Positions 1 through 16,126 of a stretch of 64,000 bases of DNA are shown one piece after another. Numbering within the stretch: the stretch's first letter is position 1; each line of letters begins with the position of its first letter. The translations under genes and the position numbers were made by a program. Location of the stretch: the NCBI GenBank assembly GCA_048128005.1, contig JBEUKZ010000062.1:310001-374000 (forward strand). The letters run 5' to 3'. This DNA comes from Veleropilina oligotropha. Taxonomy: Eukaryota. Under the pieces are notes generated by a model. That model saw only the letters and a list, made by a program, of their open reading frames with translations. It searched no databases and had not been told where the DNA came from.

Positions 1-164
1 GTGCCGTCTTCAGCAATAATTGACGAGAAATACTGCTCTCTCATTGGCCGAGAAATGAAATTGGCTTCTAAGAATCTTTAGTAGCTCGCCTGTTCGAAGA
101 ACAGTAGAGCTATTGTCATCAGCAGCTCGTACGTCTGCGTCGGTGTCCGGTCTCCAATTTTTGT

Positions 165-854
165 TAGGGAAAATGTTTAGGTGAAGTTTATCTTCAATAA
201 TCTCAAGCAATGACTTTAATTTTCTATAAGTTTATGTCTAGGTCACTTCTTACTATGCTATTAATGGTAATAGGCACAATATTGAGGTATTTTTGGGTTG
301 AAACATGCTTTATTTGAACTTTGATTTTGCGTTAAGGAAAATGTTTAGATGATGATTTTTAAACATTTACTTTCAGGGTAACTAGTTATATCAGATATAT
401 TCAACTTTTATTTTATTGGATCATATAACCTAACGACCAAGTATAATTCAAAATTATTCATGTTACTGCAAAAGTATTTTGGGAATAAAATGTGATTTTT
501 TAAATTGTTTACTTTTGCGTTAAGGAAAATGTTTACGTGAAATTTATCTACTTTGATCTCAAGCAATGACTCTAATTTCCAACATGTTTATGTGTATGTC
601 ATGCTGTTATATGTAATATGTACATTATTCAGGTATTTTTTGGTTGAAACATGCTTTATATGAACTTTGATTTTGCGTTAAAGAAAATGTTTAGATGATG
701 ATTTTAAAACATTTCCTTTCAAGGTAAGTAGCTAGATCAGATATATTCAACTTTTTTATTGGATTATGTGAACTATACCAACCAAATACTAATTATAAAT
801 TAAGCATGTTACTGGAAAAGTACTTCGGAGATACAAATGTGATTTGTTAACTTG
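165..854. repeat. Degenerate tandem repeat, two units of about 350 bp
   Basis: The blocks 'ggaaaatgtttag', 'gaaacatgctttat.tgaactttgattttgcgttaa' and 'cagatatattcaacttttt' each recur about 350 bp apart. Confidence 0.7.
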
Positions 855-3142
855 TTAGGGCGTCAAGCCTTGAAAAGGCTGAAGCCCTATTGTTATTCAA
901 TGAATTATTAAGGCTTCCGTTGCTAAAGCATGGAAGCCTTATTGTTATTGCTCGGATTATTATTATTAAGCCTTATTGTTATTAAGGCTTCTGGTGCGAG
1001 AGCACGGAAGCCTTATTGTTATTGAAAAGATTATTATTATTATTTATCTGCTGTTTCAGGTAAACATCAATTACTCTGAAACTACGTAAGGTACACATTT
1101 CAAATTTTCAGGTATGATAGTGACATGCGGAGGACAAATGTTGATGTGTAAATGGATCTCATTGGTCAAATATTTTGGCGGCCATTTTGATTATTGTTAA
1201 AAGCTATTCAAATCTTCTCCCCAAAATCGGCTGATCCGATACTGACGAATCTAAAGTTTTGAAATAAGGTGGTTAACTTTTTATTTCGTCAAATCCAAAT
1301 AAATTGTGTAATTTCGGTATGCAAAATGTAGTTCTGATGAAATTATAATGATATCAGCAAAACAAATTAGAAAAATATGTGAAAATTAGAAACATTTTAA
1401 AAATCAATCAAAATATTTTGTAACAAGGGGCCGTAATTCGGTAACCACTCACACCAGACATCTGATATTTTGACAAGTGACAGAGTGGGACATTATCAAC
1501 AACTTTATCGCTTGATTTTAAGTGTTAGTGAATATTTAAAGCAATAAGTTTTGCTCCGAAGTTAATTTATTCGAGAGGTTGCGGCATTTCGAATAAATCT
1601 TTTTTTACATGCCATCGAGTCGCATAATTTAAACTGATAAGAAAGCATTCATTCATGAAAATTTCATGCAAATCCAAGCATTATTTATTGATTTATTGCG
1701 AGTTAAGTATTTTCGACCTCGGAGATTTTACTGAATTTGATCCACGAACATCGTTTTAAGTATGTTATAAACTAGAAATAATATAATCCAAGCATAAATT
1801 TGCGATTAAAGTATATATATATACAAAAATAAACAAATTAATAGTTGAATTGTTATTTGGATTTATATCTCTATATATATTTCCCCTTAATATAAGATCG
1901 CCGCTGCAGCATTCTGATTAATGGCAGTGCTAATTCCATGACCTGTTTGATTTCTCGCCGTTTACAAGGTGCAAATACCCAATTGTATGCACGAATGGCT
2001 GCAATATTATGATGATTGCTTATGCCATCAACACTGTCTTATTGTACAGTATTGGCAAGGTGGTTCTTATAGAACTTTCCTGGTAAAAGTTGTCTGTCAT
2101 TTTGTTTGTCAGTATATAAAATGTGAACAGGAATTCGTTTGCATGGGTTTTATGAAAACGATAATGACTAGCGAATTCAAATTTGGTCATACGGTTTATT
2201 TAGCCACAAACAAGAGGCCTATTGAATTTGGTGTTATTCTAGTTGGTCCATCCATTTGTCTGTCCGTCTGTATAAATTACAAGAACAGGATTTAAGAAAC
2301 ACCGAAAGGATGTATGCGGTCCAATTAAGCAAGCAGGCTCAATGAGCCATAATCTAGACGCCTATTGAATTTGATGTTATTCAGACCAGCTGGTACATCT
2401 GTTTGTCTGTCCGCCCCTATAGTCATGAAAGAGCTTTAAATGTGACTTTTAACTTTAATGAATTTGATAACCAAAAATAACAATTAAAGATAATTGGTAA
2501 AAATGGCATATGCTCATTTGGAAATATTCAGAGGGCTGTATATATAGACCTTGACCTTTGACCTCGGATGACCTAGATAGCCTAAAATGACCTAATTGCG
2601 TAAAAAATGAGTAATTATGATGAAACAACATATGTGAAGTCATGGAAGTTTTCTAATTCGACCATGACCTCGGATGACCTAGATAACCCAAAATGACTAA
2701 ATTAAGGAAACTGACAAGAAACAGCCTACGGACATTTAGGACATATTAAGTAGGCTTTCTAAGGTGACCTTGACCTTTGACCTTGGATGACCTAGGTAAC
2801 CGAAATGACCTAATTACTATCGAAATGGGTAATATCGATGTAGCAACATATGTGAAGCCATGGAAGTTTTATAATGTGACCTTGACCTTTGACCTCGGAT
2901 GATCTAGAAAACCAAAAATGTCATAATTAACGAATATTGGCGAAAAATAGCCGATGGACATTTAGTACTTAGTAAGTAGTCTTTATAAGATGACCTTTGG
3001 CCTTGGATGACCTAGATATCCGAAAATGTTCTAATTGCTAAAAAAGGGTAATAATAGTGTAGGAACATATGTGAAGCCATGGAAGTTTTATAATGAGATC
3101 TTGACCATTGACCTTGGATGACCTAGTTACCCCAAAATCACA

Positions 3143-4179
3143 TACTGTAAATCATAATATATTAGATGAATGAAAATTTAACGAATTGTTCGCAATGCAC
3201 CAATTTGCGATATGTAATTTTAGCGAAAATCGAATTTCGGGAAATTCATTATTAGGGAGACTGACAACAATGCAAATTCTAATTACGTAAATGTTATCTG
3301 ACGCATTGTTATCGCAACTGAAGGTTGTGAAGTATGACTATTAGCAAGATGACTAGTATCTAAGTAGGGTGCAAGTTCATTGTACGCATCGTAATCGGAT
3401 TAATGTAATGACACTGGTGTTCCGATTGAAAGTCATCACGTGAGTGTAAAAGACGATCAAATGCATTTGTTATGTTTATTCAATAATTGTTACTTAATAA
3501 AGTACTATGCATAATACCGTATACTGTAGTGTGACTTGCCAGTAGCGAGAAAGCTAACGTCTTTTGTCATTAAAATGGACACTGTTTTGTGTTATCAAGG
3601 GAGGTCTTTAATGCAGTGAACCAGTAGTGGAACTTGCGCGTAAACGAGGCTCTATGCAATACTGTTGAATAAATGTTATCTGTAGAACGAGAACTATAGC
3701 AAGGAAGTTGATATGCTCGTTTGTTTCCGCCATTGTTGGTTGTACGATTCTTAATATTAAGTTACTTGCATACAATAATAATAGTCGAATAATATTGTCT
3801 ATAAAATGATAAATAATGAATATGTTTATGTTACTGAATTCTCCTTTTGGCGAGACTAACACAAAGCCAAAAAAAATGGCGGGCTTAAGTTTTACACACG
3901 TTTTGAAGGATTTCAGCAGACCTTTCACGGAATAAAGTTGAACAAACAAGAGGTGAAAATATGGTTTATTCATACATAAACGGCAAGTAATAAAAACTCA
4001 TTATCCCTGAACAATGTTAGATAGTTTATTAATTACATTGCTAAAAATATATTTCTTTGTCACCCACGCTTCATATATATGGATATAATAGTAGACATAT
4101 TAGCGACATAAAGCGAATTTTGCTTTCTCGCTAAGTTCGCCAAAATGTTATGATTGCAAAAATTTCATGATTTACAGTA
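3143..4179. mobile_element. MITE / non-autonomous DNA transposon with TA ends
   Basis: Perfect terminal inverted repeat tactgtaaatcat (3143) / atgatttacagta (4167-4179). It interrupts the gaccttga array of the host element. Confidence 0.75.
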
Positions 4180-7100
4180 ATTCACGAAAATTGGCGAAAA
4201 ATAGCCAATGGACTATTAGGACATATTAAGTAGGCTTTCTAAGGTGACCTTGGATGACCTAGATAGCCGAAAATGACATAATTGCTAAAAAGCGGGTAAT
4301 AATGATATAGGAACATGCTTGAATCCATGGAAGTTTTGGAATAACACCTTGACCTTTGACCTCCAATGACGTAGATACCCAAAAAGGACATAATTATCGA
4401 AAAATGGCGAAAAGAGCCTATGGACATTTATGACATAATAAGGGAACTTTCTAGGGTGACCTTGATCTTTGACCTTGGATGGCATAGAAAGCCGAAAATA
4501 AACTAATTACTAAAAGAATGCGTAATAATGATGTAGCAACATATGTGAAGCCATGGAAGTGTTATAATGAGACCTTGACCTTTGATCTTGGATGACCTAG
4601 ATAATCAATATGATATAATTAACGAAAATGGTAAAAAAGCCTATGGACATTTAGGACATTTTAAGTTGGCTTTCTAAGGTGATATTGATTTTGACCTTGG
4701 GTGATTTAGATCACAGAAAATAACCTAATAATCATAAATGAGCCAAAATAATGTATTAAAGTTTGGGGCATTCAAACGTGACCATGACCTGTTACTTATG
4801 AATTTGGTGACAACTGAAGCTGTACAACTGCTCGCAGTTCTAGTTATTATTATTATTATTATTATTCTTCTGTCTTTTTAAAATCGCTATTACGTAAAAA
4901 CTATGGCTCAGAAAGAAATAAAATTTACGTAAATGATAGTCTTGACCAGGGGACAAAAAGTTAGTATGCAATTTTATATGATTGGTTAAAGCATTTGGCG
5001 GCAATCTTTTTTTATTTTTTATTTGTTTTATATCTACTCCTCAAATCTACTTATCCAATCATGGTTAAATTTTGGGAATATGATATGTATATTTTGGCAA
5101 GTTCATTTTGCTATTTTCAAACCAGTAGATCATCAAAGATGGCCGCCGGAGGGATTTAAAATTTGGAAATTTGGGGTCAATTTTTATTTTCGTCAAATTG
5201 AAATAAATTAAATAATTTCGTAATGCAAAATGTAGTTCTGATGAAATTATAAAGATATCAGCAAGAACAATTAGAAAAAAATGTGAAATATGAAAATTAG
5301 AAGCATTTTAATAATCAATGGAAATATTTTGTAACAAGGGGCCGTTATTCGGTAACCACTCCCACCAGACATCTCAAATTTTGACAAGTGACAGAGTGGG
5401 ACAATACCAACAACTATGTCGATGGTTTTTTGGTGTTAGAGGAAATTTAAAGCAATAAGTTTTGCTCCAAAGTTAAAATAATCGAGAGGTTGCGATATTT
5501 CGAATAAATCTTTTTGTACATAACATAGAGTCACATAATTTACACTCGCTAGCGAGCACACTATAATCTACCATTCCTGAAAAATGCATGCAAATCCATG
5601 CGGTAATTATTGATTTATTGCGAGTTAAGTTTTGTCAACCTCGGATAATTCTTCAGAAATTGATCTATTTACATCGTTATAAATACTTTCAAATCAGCAC
5701 GAAATTATGCATTCTAGGCATATACAATTTGCGATTAAGGTATACATATATAAAATTAATTAACTTAAAGTTGAATTGTTGTTTGGATTTATATATTTCC
5801 CCTTAATGTAATATCGCCACTGCAACATTCTGATTTATGGCAGTGCCATATTTCCAATGTTACATACTGGTATGCTAATTCCTTGACCTGTTTCATTTAT
5901 CACTGTTAATGTATAAGGTGTAATGCACAAGTACTCAATTGTATGCAAAATAGCTTGTGCATACTTGCATAAGGCACATAACAGTGTCGCACTGGTGTGA
6001 GAAGTAATTCTTGCATAACACTGTTATTTTGTACACCTATTTTTGTCACCTGTGGTTCTGGTAGGAAATGGCCATGGTAAAACACCGAAGAGGTGGACAC
6101 GGGCCCAAAACTCCATCACAGCACCACCCAATTGTATTCATGGAAACTGTCTTGGACACTGTCTTATTGTACAGTTTTGGCAAGGTGGTTCTTGTAGGAA
6201 CTTGCCTGGTAAAACATCGTCTGTCTGTTTGTGTCTCCATATATAAAATGTGAACAGGAATCCGTTTGCATTGATTTCATGAAAACGATAATGACTATCG
6301 ATTTCAAAGTTGGTAATCAGGTTTATTGAGCAAAAAACTGGAGGCCTTATGAAGGCGGTGTTATTCTGTTCAGTTCGTCTGTCCGTTTGCTTGTCCGTCC
6401 ATATAAATGACAAGAACACGATTTAAGGAAAACTGTAGGGATGTAAGCGGTCAAATTAAGTATGCAGGCTCATTGAGCCACAATCTAGACATCTATTGAA
6501 TTTGGTGTTATCCAGATCAGTTGGTCGATCTGTTTGTCTGTCTGTCCATATAGTCTTGGGTGAGCTTTTAAAAGGGACTTTGAACATCAATGACTTTAAT
6601 AACCAAAGATAATTGGTAAAATTTGTATATTATTATTTGGGACATATTGAGATGGCTGCATATGAAGACTTTGACCTTTGGCTTCGGATGACCTAGATAG
6701 CCTAAAATGACACAATTGCTTAAAAAATGAGTAATTATGATGTAACAACATATGTGAAGTCATGAAAGTTTTCTAATTCGACCTTGACCTTTTGACCTCG
6801 GGTGACCTAGATAACAAAAATTGACTAAATTAGCGAAAATTGGCAAAACAGCGTTTGGACAATTACGACATATTAAATAGGCTTTCTAAGGTGACTAAGA
6901 TGTTTGTCCTTGGATAACCTAGATAGCCGAAAATTACCCAATTGCTTAAAAAATGTTCAATTATGATGTAGCAACATATGTGATGTTCTGGAAGTTTTCT
7001 AATTCGACTTGGACCTTTGACCTCAGATGACCTAGATACCCAAACATTATATAATTAACGAAAATTAGCAAAAATAACCAATGGATATTTAGGCTTTATA

Positions 7101-8649
7101 AGGTGACCTTGACCTTTGACCTTGGATGACCTAGTTATCCGAAATTTCCTAAATGCTAAAAAACGGGTAATAATGATGCAGGAACATATGTGAAGCCATG
7201 GAAGTTTTATAATGAGACATTGGCATTTGACCTCGGATGACCTAGATATTCAAAAATGATATAATTAACGAAAATTGGTAAAAATGGAATATGAACATTA
7301 GGGGCATTTGGAACCAGCTTCCGAATTTGACCTTGACCTTTGACCCCAGATGACCTAGATATCCGAAAATGACACAATTAATGAAAAGCTTGTCAAAATT
7401 TATTTAATTAATTAAAATAGGTATGAATAAGATGTAAGTATTTGGGACAAATTGGGAGGCTTTTCCGACATAACCTTGATCTTTGAACTCGGATGACCTA
7501 GACAGCCGAAATTGACTGATAAACAGAAATGCGCCAAAATGATGTATACAATTGCACAAAGTCAAAGGGCATACAAACGTGACCATGGCCTGTTACCTAT
7601 GAATTTGGTGGCAATAGAAGCCGCATAACTGCTTGCAGTTCTAGTTATTATTATTCTTCTGTCATTTACAAATTGCTATTACGTATAAACTATACATCAG
7701 AAATATATCAATTTTACAGAAATGAAAGTCTCAAGCGGGGGACAAAAGTTATTATACAATATGATATGATTGGTGGACGCGTTTGGCGGCCATGTTTGTT
7801 TACTTTTTATTATTTTAAAGCTACTCATCAAAAACTACTTAGCCGATTATGATAAAATTTGAGGAATATAATCTGTATATATTTGCAAGTTCATTTTTCT
7901 ATTTACTATTAAGTAGAGCATCAAAGAGGGATTTGATGTTAGGAAGTTAGGGGATTAATTTTTATTTTCGTCAAATCGAAATAAATTAAGTAATTTCGCA
8001 ATGTAAAATGTACTTTTGATGAAATTATAAAGATATCAGCCCAAAAAATTAGAAAAACGTGAAATATGACAATTAGAAGCATTTTAAGAATCAATCAAAA
8101 TATTTTGTAACAATGGGCCGTTATTCGGTAACCACTCGTACCAGACATCTCACATTTTAACAAGTGACAGAGCCTGACATTATCAACAGCTTTCTAGCAG
8201 GATTTTTGTTGTCAGACGAAATTTATAGCGATAAGTTTTGCACCAAAGTTAATATATTTGAGATGATGCGATATTTCGAATAAATCTTTTTTTTACATAA
8301 CATAGAGTCACATAATTTATACTAATAAGCGAGCATACTATAATCTAGAATTCCTGACAATTTCATGCAAATCCATTCAGTAATTATTGATTTATTGCGA
8401 GTTATGTTTTGTCGACCTCGGCTAGTTTTGCTGAAATTGACAATTTTCACAATTGTATGAAATTAGATTTAAGTACGATAAATCAACGACAAATCTTGCA
8501 GTTCTTCTCTGGCCGAATGGATATAGTTCCAGGATTATGAACTAGCAAAACCAAATGATCAGGGTTCGAATCCCGCAGAAGTAATACAAATTGTTTTTAT
8601 ATTTTCTTTTATTTTTTCATGTCTAAATGTCTAATATACTGTATAATTG

Positions 8650-8680
<31 letters not shown>

Positions 8681-9210
8681 AAACCGATAAGCAAGCACAC
8701 TGTAATCTACTATTCCTGAAAATTTCATGCAAATCCATGCAGTAATTATTGATTTATAGAGAGTTACGTTTTTGGCAACCTTGGCGTGTTTTGCTGAAAT
8801 TGAAAATTTTTACAATTGTATGAAATTCGGTTTAAGTACGTCAAATCAACGACCAATAGTGGGTAAAGTTCCACGAATGGCTTACCAAGTAGCAAAACCA
8901 GACGATGAGTGTTCGAATCCTGTAGGAGTAGTACAAAATGTTTTCATAATACTTTTATTTTTTCAAGTTATTATACCTAAAATATCGTTGTCATATAATA
9001 TCTATATATATATGTAACACTTTATAATTTGAGACGTATCAAATGCGACTTGTTTAATATTGTAAAATGTTGGCAATGTTCCATTGGAGCATGGGGGCGA
9101 AATGCGAAAGGTGTTTCCCCTCAATACAAATATGTTAAAGCAGCGTGTCTTTTCGTGGTCCTTCTTTACAGCTGAGTGGTTTACACCGCAAACAGCTCAT
9201 GGATTTCACA

Positions 9211-9785
9211 AAGTGGGGGTGAGGGCGAAAGTGGGGCGGCAGTCAAAGTGGGGTGGCAGTCAGTGAGGGTGGAGGTCAAAGTGGGGGTGGCAGTCAAAGT
9301 GGGGGTGGGGGTCAAAGTGGAGGTGGGGTTCTAAATGGGGGTGGGGGTCAAATTGGGAGTGAAAGTCAAAGTGAAAGTGGGGTGGGTGTCAAAGTGGGGT
9401 GTGGCGGTCATAGTGGGAGTGATGGTCAAAGTGGGGTGTGGCGGTTATGGTGGGGGTGTTGGTCATAGTGGGGTGGCGGTCAAAGTGGGGGTGGCAGTCA
9501 TAGTGGGGTTGGCAGTCATAGTGGGGGTGGCGGTCAAAGTGGGGGTGGGGGTGACGTTCACAGTGGGGTGGTGGTCAAATTGGGGGTGACGATCATAGTG
9601 GGGGTGTTGGTCATATTGGGGGTGGCGGTCATAGTGGGGGTGGCGGTCAAAGTGGGGGTGGCGGTCAAAGTGGGGGTGGCGGTCATATTGGAGTTGTCGG
9701 TCAAAGGGTGGTGGTGGTCAAAGTGGGGGTGATGGTCAATGTGGGGTGTGGCGGTCATAGTGGGGGTGGCGGTCAAAGTGGGGGC
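9211..9785 (+). repeat. G-rich minisatellite, unit about 18 bp (gtgggggtggcggtca[a/t]a)
   Basis: Directly visible tandem units. The array resumes after the SINE at about 10047-10155. Confidence 0.9.
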
Positions 9786-9788
9786 CAA

Positions 9789-10046
9789 CGAGGAGGAATT
9801 ATGCTTAATGTCATGTATGTTTATAACATCGAGGTTCAAGGCAGGACATGTCCATGTTATCGTGGGAGGAAACCCCGTTCGCCAGGTAAACCCGCCCTCT
9901 TCGGCCAGTCACGGACAACTGTGTTTCAAAACTTGAACAAATGTGTGCTGCCTCAGCCGGGGGTCGATCCCACTACTGTTCGCATCAGATGAAACAAGCC
10001 AGGGAAGTTAGAGTGGACACTCTACCCACTGCACTACCGAAGCGGC
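9789..10046 (-). mobile_element. tRNA-derived SINE, family A, copy 1
   Basis: Homologous to 15279-15550 and 33404-33661. A-box-like tagtgcagtgg, B-box-like gggatcgaccc, central gggtttcctcc and a (cct)n tail. Confidence 0.85.
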
Positions 10047-10483
10047 ATGGGTGGGGGTCTAAGTGGGAGTGGCAGTCACAGTGGAGGTGTTGGTCAAAGT
10101 GGTGGGAGGGATTAGAAATGGGGGGAAGGGAAGTGGGGCCAGAAATGGGGGGATTTTAGCTAGTGTGTTTTATGATGAGACTTTGGCATTTTACCTTGTA
10201 TAACCTAGATAACCAAAAATGGCATAATTAGCGACAATTGGTAAACAATAGCCTATGGAAATTTAGAACATATTAAGTAGGCTTTCTAAGGTGATGTTGA
10301 CCTTTGATCTTGGATGACCTAGATAGTCGAAAATGATCTACTAAGCATAACTGCGCCAAAAGATGTATACAATTTTGCAAAGTCGAGGGGCATTCTAACG
10401 TGACCATGACCTGTTAATTATGAATTTGGTGACAACCAAAGCCATTTAACTGTTTGAAGTTCTTGTTATTATTATTGTTATTA

Positions 10484-10971
10484 CTAGCATTGGTACCCGT
10501 CTCCGACGGGTAAGTCCCCCCAGCCCAAATTTTTTTTTTTTTTTTTTTGGATAGTGCTCCCTTTTTAATTTTTTTTTTTTTTCTCGATTATATTAAAAAT
10601 GATAGTAAATTTTTTTTTCTTTCGCGAATTTTCCGAATTTTTTTCGTGGTAAACCTTCCTTGGGGGACCCCGATTAACCCCCCAAAGTTTGAAGGTCCTA
10701 GGTCAAAGCGTCTGGGAGGAGTTCAACTTGAAACAGACAGACAGACACAATTATAGCTCCATTATATTAAGATTATATTAAAAATGATAGTAAATTTTTT
10801 TTTGTTTCGCGAATTTTCCGAATTTTTTTCGTGGTAAACCTTCCTTGGGGGACCCCGATTAACCCCCCAAAGTTTGAAGGTCGTAGGTCAAAGCGTCTGG
10901 GAGGAGTTCAACTTGAAACAGACAGACAGACAGACAGACCCGCATACAATTATAGCTCCATTATATTAAGA
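10484..10971 (-). mobile_element. Non-autonomous Helitron with duplicated 5' part
   Basis: On the minus strand it starts A|TC and ends with the hairpin cccgtc-gga-gacggg followed by CTAG|T. It contains a (gtct)n tract. A block of about 185-200 bp, including the 5' end, is tandemly duplicated. Confidence 0.75.
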
Positions 10972-13900
10972 TTATAATTATTATTATTATTTTGTGATTG
11001 TTTGTTCCTTACGTATCACTGAAACTACAAATGTGATCCTTTTCAAAATTTAGAAGTGGACAAGTATAATAGAGAACACGTGTGAAACTGCAAAATTAAC
11101 TTTCTAGGAATTGCGGTTTGGATACTATCTTGAATTTCCCCCAAAATGACCTCCTTTTAAAAAATCTTCTCCGAAACTGCCGAAAATATTGAGGCGCCGA
11201 TCAAGATATATTATCTAGACAATATGAAGAAATAAATTTGCACAGGAAAATTTCATCGGACGTAAAATAAGGTGGCTATGGCCATTACAATCTTTAAAAA
11301 AATTGAACTTTTCACATTTTTTTATAACGGTTATAAATCTTATTCAGCTTTATCTATTCATTTCAATGTTGACTGGGAGGGTTCATGCTTATGTGAAGTT
11401 ATGTTTGCTGCATATAGATCGTTGGTGCGTCTTGTGGTAACGCCGCAATTTTGAATTAATTAAAATAATTCGAACGTAGTTTTCCCGTTTTTTTATTGTT
11501 GCTCCGTTCTAAGTGAAAATCGGCAAATGCTGACATCATTATCATCTCTATATTCTTTTGCGAACGACAAATTGTTAGCAAAAAGGCATTAACGGTTATG
11601 ATAATTTAATTTTAACATTTTCAATATTTTAAATCGTTTATAACTTTTATTTTGCTTCAACTATTATTATCAAACTTCGCAGGGGGGCTGGCGAATATGC
11701 TAAGCCAAGTTTTCTGCAAAGAGATCGTCGATTCATCTTGTGGTTACGCCGTTATATGTAATTAAAATTTTAATTTTTAACTTCGATAACTCCAGTTTTA
11801 GTTGGAATATAGCATTAAAATTTTGACACAGTTCCTATATTATAACCATGTAAGTGTTTGATAAATTTCGTGAGCATTGCGTGAATAGTTTGTTTTAGAA
11901 AAAACATTTTCATCTCAAGTCAAATTAATCAGTGAAATCTGGTTTATGACAGCATCTCTCCAGACCCAGCACGCCACTAATCTTTGAGTAAACAATCGTC
12001 AGGGCTGCTGGAGTTGTTCTATATCAGTGTCTTTAGCATGTAATTATAGCTAATTAATGATATTACTTGTGTCAACATGAGACCATTGGGCTATCAGCGG
12101 ATCAAAGCAGAAACTGGTCTGCCGCGATCAACTCCATGAAGTAGTTATATCCCTTTAGCAGTAGACATATGACTAAACACTGAAAAGAGATTAAATACCA
12201 GCAGCAATACACCACAAGTACAGGACAGACATAATAAGCATCTTTAATATAGATACAAACAATTCGTGTAACCACGTCTGTGTCTTACATGTTATGCTGG
12301 CAAAATAGTTATATTCGCTTCTACACGCATGCACAAATTATTATATTGCCTATATATGTTAGCAACGCCAACGTTAATATTATGTCATTATTTAATAGAG
12401 TTCTTTCTATGCTAAGGCTTGGTGATATAAGTTAAAAGACATAACCATATCAATGTATAACTTCCACATGAATAATGTTTAAATATTGGAAAGCAGAAAG
12501 TCAATGCCACAAGTGAAAAGTGACAGAGACAAGGACGAAAAGGACTACTAACTTTATTTTCAAGTATTCTATTTAAACATTTTTGTAGCTCCTGCAATCT
12601 AACCTATTAACTAAGATAACCACTTGGCGATTGTTATCATGCGAGCCTCATTTCAGGATGGAAATGGATACGCATGTAAACTACTGTGTTTGCAAACATG
12701 GAAAACCAATTCATTGAAAATGGCAAGAGCAATGATTTACAAAATACACAAGTATTTTTATGTTATTTTCTGCAACCTTTGATGGAAATACACGTACATT
12801 ATTTCATGTCCGCAGATATTGACATGCAAATTTAGGTTGATAGACGAAAGCGAGGATGCGGTATACGTATTGGCCTATACTTCTAACTTTCATTTTTATA
12901 GTCTGATTTCAGTATACAATTGTCTGCATATCATAATCTTGCCATTCATATTTTTTGTAAGAAATAGATGCGGAAACATGGGTAATGAATCCACAAATAG
13001 GCCTAGGCCTACAGCTAAAATAATCATAATCAATCAGTATTGTTTACAACTTTCCAAGAACATTGAAAAATTTGAACTCCCATAAATAAGTGTTAATGTG
13101 TTATATACGAATGTGTTGTGCAGTACGTATGCCCAATACCAAAGTCATTATATAATTCTGATTCTAAACTTCCAATTCGATTAGAGACATAATATTGGTA
13201 AACAACGAACAATTCGCACCCGTGCTAGCGATGACACATAATGCGACCAACGTAGTTGTACCTCGTGATTTACCGTTATTTGTCACAAATAAATAGCCAA
13301 CCCAGATTATAAATTGCTTTAAATAGTCTTTTTGTCCAAATAATGAACTTTACCTTTGCCAAACGGATACATGCTGTCCATCGTCATTACACGTGACAAA
13401 AACTTATTATAAAATACACAAACAGACCCTTTGACAGAGGCGATATTGTAGGCAATGCAACCTGTGTTGTCATGTTGCAAATTTCCAACACCTGGTGCGA
13501 TCGGTATATTTTCAAATATTCAGGCTATCATAAATTGATTGTTTGTTCCAAATACGCTGGACATTAATCAGCCTTGTAAGTCATATCTTCTAATTAATCA
13601 TTCAACAACAGACTAAAGTCGTTGACAAATTAAAAATGGAAACTCCATGAAATGGTAAAGCCGATGTATAAGCGTTTACGACAAACACTTTTTCATTTTC
13701 AGTAATATGGATTCGTAGGCAATATATTATATACAAGGCCTAAATGAAAGCCTACACTTCAACTATGAAATTCAACAAATCAACACTTACCAAGTTCAAT
13801 CTACAGCTTATACTTTATGTTTATCGTAACTTGTATTGTGGTCATTGTGGCAATGTCTGTTAATCTTATTAGTGTTGCAGCTATGATTTTTATTTGCATG

Positions 13901-14642
13901 TTGTCATTGATTTGATTTCATTGAACCAGTGTTTAGGTCAGGATAGGCGCCAATCTTGGCGATGCGTTAAAACCAAGCCTCGTAAAAACGATGTTGATTT
14001 GACAAATTGTATTTGGCAAATATGCATATAATAATGATATTATTTATACTATGCATATTATTTATGTAGTTGAAGTATATTAAATATATTTGGGGTATAT
14101 TGTCCTTGATTTTTATCCCTCGCCCGAAGGTACCGGGAGATGTAGTTGTTCAGAAATCCTCTTCAGGCCTCTGAGTGGTGAATTTTTGTATCTTGTTTGT
14201 TACTTCTTTGTGATATAGTAAGAAATGCACAAACACACTTAACCATGATAGCTGCCTCAATTACACACAGCGCCACTGCATATCACAATTCAACGTTGAT
14301 TTAAAAATCAATTCCTCATCACTATGGTATGTGTCTGGACATACAACGTAAATCTGTGTATATAACCATGACCTGCCCATTTGTGTTTGATAATGGGGTG
14401 AGTGAGATTATTATTATGTATGGACCTCGAAATTATATCACTTATATTATTATAACTACTGGCTGAACCCTGCAACTTATAATGCGACTTTGTATACATG
14501 TTGTAGATTAAGGTAAGCCAAGATAATTTTTTTTTAAATTTTCGTCAAAAAATACAATTTCGGGAAAAAATTTAAATTTTCGAACAAAGTAAATTTATCA
14601 TCTCTTATTCTGTTAAGGGTTAGGGTTAGGGTTAGGGTTAGT

Positions 14643-15960
<1,318 letters not shown>

Positions 15961-16126
15961 TGCATGCATAGCGTTGAACTGATGGGTTTATTGTCACAGA
16001 CTACCTACCACTATGTCACTTGAAATCAGTCATATAAAGTCATTGTATAGATCAGCGTTGTCGGGTGTACATAGCTTCGGTGATCTTGCGTTTCTGCCAA
16101 TAAGCTTGTCTGGCACTCTTTTTCAG

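Larger units (their letters stand above)
855..10467 (+). mobile_element. Cluster of three nested non-autonomous Helentron/HINE-like elements
   Basis: Three hairpin-containing heads (tta[a/g]ggc...gaagcc[c/t]tattgttatt) at about 855, 908 and 982. Three homologous bodies (shared block 'gtaacaa.gggccgt.attcggtaaccactc' at about 1420, 5330 and 8107; 'gaccttgacctttgacct.ggatgacctag' arrays in the first two bodies and single copies in the third). Three tails ('...aactg.t.g.agttct.gtt') ending at about 4845, 7646 and 10467. The family assignment is inferred from architecture. Confidence 0.65.

Noticed and set aside
14219..14512. Candidate upstream exon 14219-14326 and 6-nt microexon 14507-14512
   Set aside because: The candidate exon is open only in phase 2-2 and neither candidate is phase-compatible with exon A1. 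No recognisable domain is encoded, so transcript data would be needed.
14613..14641. (TTAGGG)n as a telomere or healing site
   Set aside because: There are only about four units, at the junction between a repeat-like segment and a LINE fragment. Short gttagg runs are common inside invertebrate MITEs.
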